A stretch of 43,054 nucleotides of DNA from a virus. A program made the translations under genes and the position numbers. The notes under the pieces were generated by a model. The model searched no databases and was not told where the DNA came from. It saw nothing but the letters and a program-made list of their open reading frames with translations. Numbering within the stretch: the stretch's first letter is position 1; the number at the start of each line of letters is the position of its first letter. The stretch is from IMG/VR virus record IMGVR_UViG_3300045988_145297. One strand, 5' to 3'. This document shows positions 1 to 7,987 of this stretch, piece by piece.

Positions 1-99
1 AAACCATTAAATATTAAAGTATCAGCAACACAAACCATTACAGTTCCAAAAGATGATGATAGTAACACAGACGATGATTATTAAATAAAACAAAAAAAG
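1..99. repeat. Terminal direct repeat, copy 1 (identical to 42956..43054)
   Basis: Base-by-base comparison shows 99/99 identity. It covers the last 84 nt of the lipoprotein ORF plus 15 nt downstream. Confidence 0.97.
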
Positions 100-220
100 A
101 CCCGCAAAGCGCTGGTAACACTTCACGGGTTTGCTGATTGGCTGATATTAAACATTTAACCTAGAAAGAAAAAATGCTTTTTGCATACCCTATTTTATCA
201 GAAATAGAGGTAATTTTAAA

Positions 221-1378
221 ATGGTCAAATATTATACTCCTCAAGTAGAACCTTTAAAGAATGGTAAGTTTAAATATTCAATTAGATATACTGATCCCTC
301 TTTTGTTGGTGTGCACAAAAGTTCTACCACAATTACAAAAAACACTGCTAAGGCTCGAAATTTAGCTGATGTGAAAGTCAAAAAGATGATCCAAGATAAG
401 TTAAATATTCAATCTATTAAACAAATTACGATGGATAAACTTATTGAAGATTTACAAACTAATATGTCTAATCAGGGCTTAGCACCTAAAACTTTAGATA
501 CTTACTTTGCTTGCCTTAGTAAAATTTCTAGGACTTTCGGAAAAAGATCGGCTGATTCTATTACTGCTATTGAACTTAATACATACATTAATAATCTTCT
601 TTATAAAGATGAATTATCTAATGCTACTGCACATAAATATCATGTGGTTTTTACAAAACTTTTTGATTTTGCAATTCAATTTGGGTATGCAAAAAAGAAT
701 CCAGCTTTAAAAGTAAAAATTAATTTAAAAAATGAACGTGCTAAGAAGCAAGATCGAGTAGAAAACTGGTATCTTACCGATAAAGAACTGAGCAAATTAT
801 TTAACCATTGTTTAGAAAAAAAGAGAACTGATTTTTATGCTTTATTCAAAATGCTATACCTTACTGGTATGCGTGTAGGAGAAGGATGTGGGTTGCTCGT
901 AAAGAATATATTTCAAGATAAAGAAACAAAGCTATGGTATGTTAATATTTCAGGCACTTTAATTAGTACTGAAGGACATCGGAATGAAAGACAAGAGTTT
1001 ACCAAAACATCCTCTAGCCAACGAACTATTGTTTTGCCTAAAGAAGCAGTTGTGATATATAAAGAGTTTTCTAAGGGACAAAACTCTAATGATTTCCTAT
1101 TTCATAATAAATACAGTAATACTAATGGACCGATAAATACATCAGCTGTAAGTAGATTTCTAAGAGAGTTTGTAAATGAACAGAAGTGGAAGAAGAAAGC
1201 CACTTCACATATCTTCCGTCATACTCACGTTTCCAAACTTGCAGAGGAAGGATATCCATTAAGTTTAATTACCGATAGAATTGGTCATGCCAATTCTGAT
1301 ATTACAAGAAAAATTTATTTACACGTTACCCATAAACAACACTTAGAATTCGATGAAGCTATACAAAATTTTGAATAA
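221..1378 (+). CDS. int: Tyrosine recombinase / phage integrase
   Basis: 385-aa ORF. The C-terminal catalytic region shows TGMRVGE, HIFRHTHVS and GHANSDITRKIYLHV (R..HxxR..Y signature). The N-terminal SAM-like arm is typical of phage integrases. AGAGGT lies 9 nt upstream of the ATG. Confidence 0.95.
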   Translation: MVKYYTPQVEPLKNGKFKYSIRYTDPSFVGVHKSSTTITKNTAKARNLADVKVKKMIQDKLNIQSIKQITMDKLIEDLQTNMSNQGLAPKTLDTYFACLSKISRTFGKRSADSITAIELNTYINNLLYKDELSNATAHKYHVVFTKLFDFAIQFGYAKKNPALKVKINLKNERAKKQDRVENWYLTDKELSKLFNHCLEKKRTDFYALFKMLYLTGMRVGEGCGLLVKNIFQDKETKLWYVNISGTLISTEGHRNERQEFTKTSSSQRTIVLPKEAVVIYKEFSKGQNSNDFLFHNKYSNTNGPINTSAVSRFLREFVNEQKWKKKATSHIFRHTHVSKLAEEGYPLSLITDRIGHANSDITRKIYLHVTHKQHLEFDEAIQNFE

Positions 1379-1380
1379 AA

Positions 1381-1403
1381 CTGTCCCTTTTCTGTCCCTT
1401 TTT
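1381..1403 (+). repeat. Tandem CTGTCCCTTTT motif pair (candidate integrase arm-type sites, left set)
   Basis: The sequence ctgtcccttttctgtcccttttt lies directly after the int stop. The same motif pair recurs at 1603..1626. Confidence 0.5.
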
Positions 1404-1426
1404 AAGTTTAATAACCACACATAAAA

Positions 1427-1462
1427 GCCCTATAGCACTACTGCTACAGGGCTTTCTTTATT
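1427..1462 (+). terminator. Intrinsic terminator downstream of int
   Basis: Arms gccctatag / ctacagggc form a 9-bp stem with 1 mismatch and an 8-nt loop, followed by tttctttatt. Confidence 0.6.
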
Positions 1463-1602
1463 ATTCTACACTTCTTAGGAGGTTCAATGTGACGAAGTCA
1501 CACCAATATTGATATTAAAGCAAAACCATTGATAAATCAATAATTTTAGATGTTGACTAGTTGCCATCAAATGCCACTAAATGTCAATTATTGCCACTAG
1601 TT

Positions 1603-1626
1603 TGTCCCTTTTTTGTCCCTTTTTTT
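1603..1626 (+). repeat. Tandem TGTCCCTTTT motif pair (candidate arm-type sites, right set)
   Basis: The sequence tgtcccttttttgtccctttttt is a direct repeat of the 1381..1403 motifs, about 220 nt away. Confidence 0.5.
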
Positions 1627-1784
1627 AAATAAAAAGCCTATGCTTTAAGCATGGGCTTCTAGTTTAGAACCTAACTCCTACGGCCTCTAGACTTGATCTG
1701 TGATTTAATAAAACCTTACGATAGGACGTATCCATTAAAGTAAGGGATTGACTTTTCTCTATTATAACATATATTTTCAGTATC

Positions 1785-1822
1785 AAAAAAGCCACTCCAG
1801 AGAAATTAATCTCCAGAGTGGC
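1785..1822 (-). terminator. Intrinsic terminator after the endolysin gene (end of late operon)
   Basis: Minus-strand hairpin gccactc(tg)gag...ctc(ca)gagtggc followed by a TTTTTT run, 9 nt past the lysin stop. Confidence 0.7.
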
Positions 1823-1830
1823 TTATTTAA

Positions 1831-2775
1831 TTATTTAAATGTGCCCCAAGCATCGTTACCTACACGACCAACTAAGTAACCATAGTGATTACTTCCACGT
1901 GGTTGTTGTAGCCAAACTCTGCCTGCACTATCTCTAGCCCAAGCGTTGTATTTAACTACCGACCCTGCTGGTAATGTAGTAATTAACATGCTTTCGGTAC
2001 TAGCACCCCAACGTAAGTTAATTGCGCCACCAGTAATGAATGTGCCGTGTTCTTCATGCCAAGTCATGCCTTGTACATCTGTCCAACTCTTCTCTTGTGT
2101 GGAAGTTTTGGTAGGAGCGGCCTTAGGTTTTGAAGCTACAGATTTTAATTCTAGCTTCTTAACAGTGATGTTGCCATCAATCCCCATGCCTTTCCAATTA
2201 TCCGCGAACTGCCAAATTGCTACATGATCCATTGTAGGAAACCAATTAAAGTCCGCTGTGTCTTGCCTGCCTTCTACCTTATAGTAGGCGACCCACAAAC
2301 AATCCCCGTACTTATCAGTAATTTTCTTGGTGTGGACATTGCTAGTAAGTAAGGGTTTACCAGAATATAGCAACGGCTTATATCCTGCTCTTGCTACCGT
2401 ATCCATGAACGCAAGAATAGCATCTGCACTAGCTTCATAACCGCCTTTAGTGTAATTACCGCTACCCTCTTCCCAGTCACAAGCGAAGAGTGCGCCAGCT
2501 GGAATACCAATATTTTGGGCTACCTTAATTGCATAGTTAGCTTCTTTAACAGCCTGATTACTATCAGCGCTAAAGTGTGCATAGTGGTAACCGCCTACTG
2601 GAATACCAGTTTGTTTAGCACTAGCCACTTGAGCTACAGCCTTAGGATTTTGGTAATCTAATCCTTCTGTTGTTTTAACGATCGTAAATTTAGCACCAGG
2701 ATAAGCACTAATATTTGAATTCTGGTAACTAGCTTGGTCAATTCCATAAGATCTGTCTTCAATTACTTGTGTCAT
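1831..2775 (-). CDS. Endolysin: GH25 muramidase with C-terminal SH3b-like cell-wall-binding domain
   Basis: 314 aa. The N-terminus GIDQASYQN...FTIVKTTEG...GGYHYAHF is typical of GH25 lysozymes. The C-terminal roughly 90 aa is W/G-rich and SH3b-like. It is the last gene of the lysis cassette. Confidence 0.93.
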   Translation of the reverse strand: MTQVIEDRSYGIDQASYQNSNISAYPGAKFTIVKTTEGLDYQNPKAVAQVASAKQTGIPVGGYHYAHFSADSNQAVKEANYAIKVAQNIGIPAGALFACDWEEGSGNYTKGGYEASADAILAFMDTVARAGYKPLLYSGKPLLTSNVHTKKITDKYGDCLWVAYYKVEGRQDTADFNWFPTMDHVAIWQFADNWKGMGIDGNITVKKLELKSVASKPKAAPTKTSTQEKSWTDVQGMTWHEEHGTFITGGAINLRWGASTESMLITTLPAGSVVKYNAWARDSAGRVWLQQPRGSNHYGYLVGRVGNDAWGTFK

Positions 2776-2777
2776 AA

Positions 2778-3110
2778 TTAAGCTTCTTTCTTCATTTTCT
2801 CATATGCGTGTTGAACAATGTTTCTTACAGTTGTTCTATCAATAGGGATGTTAGGATACAACTTTTGAATTTGAGAATATACTTCATCGGTCGCATCATA
2901 AAGTTTCTTTGATCCATCTTTATTATCAAGGGATGCTTGATATATGGTAGCTTTCAATGCTAACACGCCGGCTGTTTCTAAGACTTTTGCAAGTTTGGGA
3001 TGTGTGAGCGCTAATTTTTCTAATTTCTGCTTATTCAAGCTGTAAACAGTAGCCATTCCCGCTACTAATAAAACTACAATTGCCCAAATTAAATTAATAT
3101 CTAATTTCAT
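2778..3110 (-). CDS. Holin, LL-H-family-like (single N-terminal TM)
   Basis: 110 aa with one N-terminal TM (IWAIVVLLVAGMATVYSL), then a helical soluble part. It lies immediately upstream of the endolysin. Size and architecture match LL-H-type holins. Confidence 0.75.
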   Translation of the reverse strand: MKLDINLIWAIVVLLVAGMATVYSLNKQKLEKLALTHPKLAKVLETAGVLALKATIYQASLDNKDGSKKLYDATDEVYSQIQKLYPNIPIDRTTVRNIVQHAYEKMKKEA

Positions 3111-3316
3111 TTTCGTAATTCCTCTCTCAATTTTTCATTCTCTTCTTGTAGATGCTTAACCTGTTTCTTGTAATCGTCACGTTCGCTTTTTAATTCTTCG
3201 ACAATATCTTGGAAAGTATCTCGCTTGTTTTTATGATATGCGTTATATGCAGTTATTAGCACTCCTAAGAATGTTCCAAGAGCACCGATAATTAGGTTTA
3301 CATGCAAGCGAAGCAC
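3107..3316 (-). CDS. Small membrane protein (N-terminal TM plus charged coiled-coil tail), lysis-cassette associated
   Basis: 69 aa with TM IIGALGTFLGVLITAY followed by a KQVKHLQEENEKLREELRK coiled coil. There is a 4-nt overlap with the holin start. Confidence 0.6.
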   Translation of the reverse strand: MLRLHVNLIIGALGTFLGVLITAYNAYHKNKRDTFQDIVEELKSERDDYKKQVKHLQEENEKLREELRK

Positions 3317-3319
3317 CTC

Positions 3320-3709
3320 CTAGCGATCATGAGCTACATGCAAAATCAAAAGAAAAAGGACTACATCGCCAATGACGGTGTGTCCCATTCTGAATTCAGA
3401 TGTAAAGATAATGTGTCCTAATTGCAAGAATGCCAAGCCTAATACAATACCTCCACATGCTACTAAAAGCGTACGAATTAATAAGGTATCGTCAGGTCTA
3501 AATGCAGTAGCAAAAAATAGCACTATGCCAACTAGCAAAATAAAAATATCTATTCGCCAGTCATTGAGCGCGCTTTGCAAATTAGGCGGCCAAAAGAAAT
3601 AATGACGATCGTACCAAAGTGAGCCGCCAATAGCGATCATAGTTATTGCAATAATTACCTGAAAGTCATTAAGCTTGAGGTTGACTAAGTACCGTTTCAG
3701 CTTGGTCAT
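3320..3709 (-). CDS. Polytopic membrane protein (about 4 TM), possible holin-class or accessory lysis protein
   Basis: The track ORF is 3320..3766. The internal ATG at 3709 is preceded by AGGTGAGGA, and starting there reduces the overlap with the XkdX-like ORF. The product is strongly hydrophobic. Confidence 0.6.
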   Translation of the reverse strand: MTKLKRYLVNLKLNDFQVIIAITMIAIGGSLWYDRHYFFWPPNLQSALNDWRIDIFILLVGIVLFFATAFRPDDTLLIRTLLVACGGIVLGLAFLQLGHIIFTSEFRMGHTVIGDVVLFLLILHVAHDR

Positions 3710-3884
3710 AGTCCTCACCTGTGATTTCTTTATATCCTTCTTTGCTAAGAATGCCTTGTTGAACATAGCTTCGAAAAGTTAAGTTGGCTTCTTCTTTTTT
3801 ACCAAACCATCCCCAGTTATATTGATTCTTCCATGATTCAATGAGTTCTCTTTGAACTTCTGCGATCATTGCTTGTAAATTCAT
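3669..3884 (-). CDS. XkdX-family-like small tail-region protein
   Basis: 71 aa. The motif GILSKEGYKEITGEDY matches the XkdX signature (..T.EQYKEITGE.Y). It sits after the fibre genes, as in PBSX-like elements. Confidence 0.7.
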   Translation of the reverse strand: MNLQAMIAEVQRELIESWKNQYNWGWFGKKEEANLTFRSYVQQGILSKEGYKEITGEDYDQAETVLSQPQA

Positions 3885-3904
3885 TTTTAAGTCCTTCCTT
3901 TCTG

Positions 3905-4405
3905 CTATTTTGCTATTTCATTATTATTGGACTGTGAGTTTTTACTTAACGCAACCATCATTGCACTTAAACTAGCAACCATTCTGTTAGTTTGTTGTAC
4001 AGTCACTTGAAGTTGATCCATAACCTTATCGCTGGTTTCCGCACTTTGCAGAGTTTCCTTGTGGGCTTCTTGCAAGTTAGTAATACTTCCTTCAATGGTC
4101 TTCAAACTTTCGATAACTGTAGTCAAACGTTGTCCGTATGATTCTTTGCTAATGTCGTACCATTTGCCTTTCATCCAATCATATTTTGGAGACTTCAAGT
4201 TTGGATCAGGTGGAGTTACTACTAAAGGATATTGATTAGCTGTAATTTCATCAGTTGATGTAATTACCCTAAAAGGCACATCATCGGTTGACCAATAATA
4301 AGTCTTCATTGTTACAGCTGATGTTTTTTCTGTATTAGCAGTTTCAGTATTGTCTACTGCTGAGTTTTGAATTTCTTCTGTCATTTTATTTTGTTTTTCC
4401 TCCAT
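3905..4405 (-). CDS. Hypothetical tail-fibre-associated protein (coiled-coil C-terminus)
   Basis: 166-aa ORF directly downstream of the receptor-binding protein. No recognisable motif. Confidence 0.65.
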   Translation of the reverse strand: MEEKQNKMTEEIQNSAVDNTETANTEKTSAVTMKTYYWSTDDVPFRVITSTDEITANQYPLVVTPPDPNLKSPKYDWMKGKWYDISKESYGQRLTTVIESLKTIEGSITNLQEAHKETLQSAETSDKVMDQLQVTVQQTNRMVASLSAMMVALSKNSQSNNNEIAK

Positions 4406-4440
4406 AAAAAAAGCCTTAGATAAACTAAGGTCTAAACTAA

Positions 4441-7218
4441 TTAAACTTCTTGGTTAAGATATTTATGCCATTTACCCCAATTAGTAGGAGTAGATGACTT
4501 TCTGCCATACATGTTATCTCCTTCATAGAGCATCTGATAAACCGTATTAGCATCAAATACTGTCACCTGTAGATAAATCCAGTGAGTATTATTAGTTGTA
4601 TATGGTCCATTTTGAATATAACAATTTGCAAAACGATAAATACCAGTACTCCTCAAGTCATTAATATTGACGGTTGTGTTGTTAAATTCACCTTGCGGAG
4701 AGTTATAGTCAACACGCCGTTTCAAATTCATTAATTCTATTCTTAAAGCACTTAAATTAGTATTCAACGCATTGATTGCGTCTGCAAATGGGGCTAATGC
4801 TGACTCATCTACTAACCATTGAGCATTTAAATTCTCAACTGCACGTTTGGTATCTTTCTTATTAGCAACATCATAGTTTCTAACCACGGTTACTTTTAAA
4901 TCATCTTTCCAAGCAATATCTTTTTTCCAGGTTGGCGAATCCCCATTACCGCCAATAATTCTTGCGTGTGGCTCATTCCATGCAACACTTAATACACCTT
5001 TTGTATCTCCACCTCCGAAAGCAATGCCAGCAGATTTTTGACCAATTGTATTTTCTGAACCATTAGAGTTATCTCGGATAGCCGTAAGAGCCATTTGCCC
5101 ATTATCTTGACCAATAATATCATGCCAAGTATTACTATGCTGAATGTATCTACCCAAGGTAGGATTATCAACTCCTGTTTCATTCACATGTGCCCAATCT
5201 GTCATTCCTGTGAAGTGACCGCCGGCTGTAATTGCTGCTCTTTCTGTTCCGTCCTTATCCCTGATTGAAATACGGTTAGAATTATCGTCTCCAAGTTGAA
5301 TGGCTAAATCTAGATTGTCAGAGGCATTGTTATCACCAAAAATCTTGATGCTATCAGAATCGCCATTCCATTGAATTCCACCAATATTGCCCTCATGAGC
5401 ATTATAGGGACTTTGCGCATCCCAATTAATCCAGCTTCCCTTCTGCATGTTGCCACCAGATAATGACAATTTAGTAGCTAAATCGCCAGCATTTGTGATT
5501 CGTTGCCAGTCAGTAAAGGTATTGCCACTGTACCAGCTACGAACATATACCTGATTTTCCTTTTTAGCATGCAGCATTTGTGTTCCATTTTTCATGCCAT
5601 CTGAGTTTACCGTTATATCAAACCATGCTGGTATTGGAGAATTAGCTATCCCATCAGTTCCCCTAGCATGGTACATTCCTGGAGTCTTTATGGTATTGAG
5701 ATCAGTATTATTTTTTATGGCTACTATTGGTACATGCTCTTGAACGGGTTTTAAAAGCCAATTACCAATCTTCCAAGTAAAGTGGATGCCATTATTTAAT
5801 CCGCCAGTGTTTAGTTCAATGAACACGTCAGTGACATTATTAGTATCAAAAGTAAGGCAAAACAATTCTTTATTGACTGGATCAGCTGGCAAATCTTGAT
5901 AAGCCAAAATATTATCAGTATTATTTTTATCATAAACTGACACTCTAAACTTATAATCATTATCAGCCATCTTAGTTAATTGCTTTGAATTTTCCCATTC
6001 AAAGAACAATCTATACAAGGTATTAGGTGTCAAGTCGCTAACTTCTAAGATTGAGCTTTCAAAACCAGCAACACCAGTATAGTCATAGATATTCATTCGA
6101 CTAACATCATCATAAGATATTCTAGCAGCAGCGATCATTTCGTTACTATGCCTCCACTGAGTCATATTAGATTTAAGCTGAATCCAACCTGACTCAGAAT
6201 TAAATATCCATTTCTTTAGTTCTAAATCTTTAGCAAAACTAGTCCAATCTATTTGACCTAGACTAGCTCGTAGCTCATTTACTTTTGCTTGAACTGCATC
6301 GGTTTTAGCATTCATATCTGGCAACTTCTTATTCATCAAGTCGGTTAACTCATTGATAATATTGCCAAATTTAGTTGTTAAATCCTTAACAGTATTATTT
6401 AAACTGTTAGTTTTAACCTGCCATTCTTTAACAATTCGACTAAAAGTATCATCCCAAGAGTGCTGTTTTGCATTCCAATCAGCTTGGTCTTTATCAAGCA
6501 CTTGCTTCGCATTGTCTTTGATTGCTTGGATAGTGTCTTGGGCTTGTTTATCAATGTTAGCTTTATCACCGTTCCACTGACCCCATATCTGGTTCTTGTT
6601 ATTCGTCCAGTCCTGGTTAATAGCATTCTTTTGATTTGTGTAGTCTTGCTGACGAGCATTTTGTGCAGCCTTAAATTGATTTTGAAAATCAGCACTTAAA
6701 GAATTGTATTGATTACGGAAGTTCTGCAACTCTTGATCAAGTTGCTGTTCCGCTTTTTGCAATTCAGCTTTAAGTTCACCATCAGCTTGCCTAATTAAAG
6801 CTTCCATTTGTTGCTTTAATTTTTCAAGATCAGAAATGTAAGTCGTATTGTAAACCGTACACTTTAATCCATCTCTCACTTCAATGTAGAAGTCAGCAGT
6901 CGAATCAACTTTAGCACCACTTGCTTTATCAATGATATCAAACCAGGCTGTACCTCTAGCAGAATGAACCTGATCATGCACTTGATAAGTAATGTGTCCA
7001 ATTCTTGCATCTACAATTGTGACATTAGAATCTGATACGAACTTATCGCCATCTTTATTTTCATTGAAAACCAAAGATTTACCATTCAAATCGTATGGTG
7101 TTCCATCAGGATTGAGAATAAACGATTCTAGGATTTCACCTTTATCACTATCTCTTACCTCCACTCGACTTAGATTGGTTGTTTGTTTGTTCGTGCTTAG
7201 TGTCACTGCTTGGAGCAT
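4441..7218 (-). CDS. Baseplate upper protein / receptor-binding tail fibre (BppU-type N-terminus, coiled-coil stalk, C-terminal head)
   Basis: 925 aa. The N-terminal roughly 100 aa (VTLSTNKQTTNLSRVEVRDSD...TAWFDII) resembles the BppU N domain. A long Q/N/K-rich coiled coil is followed by a beta-rich C-terminus. AAAGGAGG lies 8 nt upstream of the ATG. Confidence 0.88.
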   Translation of the reverse strand: MLQAVTLSTNKQTTNLSRVEVRDSDKGEILESFILNPDGTPYDLNGKSLVFNENKDGDKFVSDSNVTIVDARIGHITYQVHDQVHSARGTAWFDIIDKASGAKVDSTADFYIEVRDGLKCTVYNTTYISDLEKLKQQMEALIRQADGELKAELQKAEQQLDQELQNFRNQYNSLSADFQNQFKAAQNARQQDYTNQKNAINQDWTNNKNQIWGQWNGDKANIDKQAQDTIQAIKDNAKQVLDKDQADWNAKQHSWDDTFSRIVKEWQVKTNSLNNTVKDLTTKFGNIINELTDLMNKKLPDMNAKTDAVQAKVNELRASLGQIDWTSFAKDLELKKWIFNSESGWIQLKSNMTQWRHSNEMIAAARISYDDVSRMNIYDYTGVAGFESSILEVSDLTPNTLYRLFFEWENSKQLTKMADNDYKFRVSVYDKNNTDNILAYQDLPADPVNKELFCLTFDTNNVTDVFIELNTGGLNNGIHFTWKIGNWLLKPVQEHVPIVAIKNNTDLNTIKTPGMYHARGTDGIANSPIPAWFDITVNSDGMKNGTQMLHAKKENQVYVRSWYSGNTFTDWQRITNAGDLATKLSLSGGNMQKGSWINWDAQSPYNAHEGNIGGIQWNGDSDSIKIFGDNNASDNLDLAIQLGDDNSNRISIRDKDGTERAAITAGGHFTGMTDWAHVNETGVDNPTLGRYIQHSNTWHDIIGQDNGQMALTAIRDNSNGSENTIGQKSAGIAFGGGDTKGVLSVAWNEPHARIIGGNGDSPTWKKDIAWKDDLKVTVVRNYDVANKKDTKRAVENLNAQWLVDESALAPFADAINALNTNLSALRIELMNLKRRVDYNSPQGEFNNTTVNINDLRSTGIYRFANCYIQNGPYTTNNTHWIYLQVTVFDANTVYQMLYEGDNMYGRKSSTPTNWGKWHKYLNQEV

Positions 7219-7357
7219 TCTTTTTGCCTCCTTTCAATTGATCTCTCATTCTAATCTCGTTTTGTAATTGTTCGATTACAACGTCTTTCCTAAAATTTAA
7301 AAGCTCTAAACGTGCAATTTCGTTTAGAGCTTTTGCTAAAACAGCATCATTATTCAA
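7148..7357 (-). CDS. Small hypothetical protein (TTG start), overlapping the BppU-like gene start
   Basis: 69 aa with GAGGTGA 5 nt upstream of the TTG. The C-terminal 71 nt overlaps the next gene, so the real extent is uncertain. Confidence 0.45.
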   Translation of the reverse strand: MNNDAVLAKALNEIARLELLNFRKDVVIEQLQNEIRMRDQLKGGKKNAPSSDTKHEQTNNQSKSSGGKR

Positions 7358-7372
7358 TTATTTCACCTCAAT

Positions 7373-7987
7373 CTAATGAATTCGGCCGCCACGCTGTTGA
7401 CGTATCCAAGTAATGTCGGAAGCATATAAGTATTGATTTCCAATCCTGAGCACTCCCCAATTTTGATCCCAATCAAGAGCAACTTTTTCTTTGCCAGGTG
7501 CTGTGCAAGAAAAGCCATGGTCGCCCGACATAACTGCAACTTTTCCATCGCCACCAATTGAACGTATGTAAGAATCACCATCAACAGTAATACCTTCAAG
7601 TTTAACTCCTGTGATCGTACCACCAGTAATTCTTTCAGCAATTAGCCGGCCTTGACTGTCTATGGCACTTCTAGCAACCCCATCGCGTCCAACGTATTCT
7701 AAGCCTTCAGCATTAAAACGGAGATATCCGCCACCATTACTTAAAGCTCTTAATTCAGTTGGCTTTTGCCAGTTAGGATAAGCGGTAATTTCTCCCCCGC
7801 CACCACTGGCAATCCAGTTGTGTACGTCTTGTACAGTCGTATTTATGGAAGTAATCATACTTTGTAATCGGTCATAGCTATCTCTCCAAGCTTGATCGTC
7901 AATACCAAGCTGCCTAGTTAATTTAAGTAGCCCAGCCTTTTGATCTTGGTCCTTTTCTTCCATTACTTGCTTTAATTCGCCAAACAA
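7373..7987 (-). CDS. Tail/baseplate-associated structural protein (unknown family)
   Basis: 204-aa ORF between Tal and BppU-type genes, G-rich with beta-type sequence. The start is ambiguous (TTG 7987 or ATG 7963). Confidence 0.7.
   Translation of the reverse strand: MFGELKQVMEEKDQDQKAGLLKLTRQLGIDDQAWRDSYDRLQSMITSINTTVQDVHNWIASGGGGEITAYPNWQKPTELRALSNGGGYLRFNAEGLEYVGRDGVARSAIDSQGRLIAERITGGTITGVKLEGITVDGDSYIRSIGGDGKVAVMSGDHGFSCTAPGKEKVALDWDQNWGVLRIGNQYLYASDITWIRQQRGGRIH

Larger units (their letters stand above)
1379..1830. promoter_or_regulatory. Putative attP region (non-coding, between int and the lysis cassette)
   Basis: 452-nt non-coding gap next to int containing two pairs of TGTCCCTTTT repeats, TTGCCA(T/C) repeats and several hairpins. 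The position matches attP in canonical temperate siphoviruses. The core site itself is not identifiable without a host sequence. Confidence 0.5.

Noticed and set aside
1-99. The 99-nt identical ends could be attL/attR core duplications of an integrated prophage targeting the 3' end of a host lipoprotein gene.
   Set aside because: The complete lipoprotein ORF lies inside the window upstream of the right copy, which is the wrong side for a host gene disrupted at attL next to int. Arm-type-like repeats are at 1379..1830. The repeat coincides exactly with both window edges. Circular closure explains all of this. Host flanks could still overturn it.
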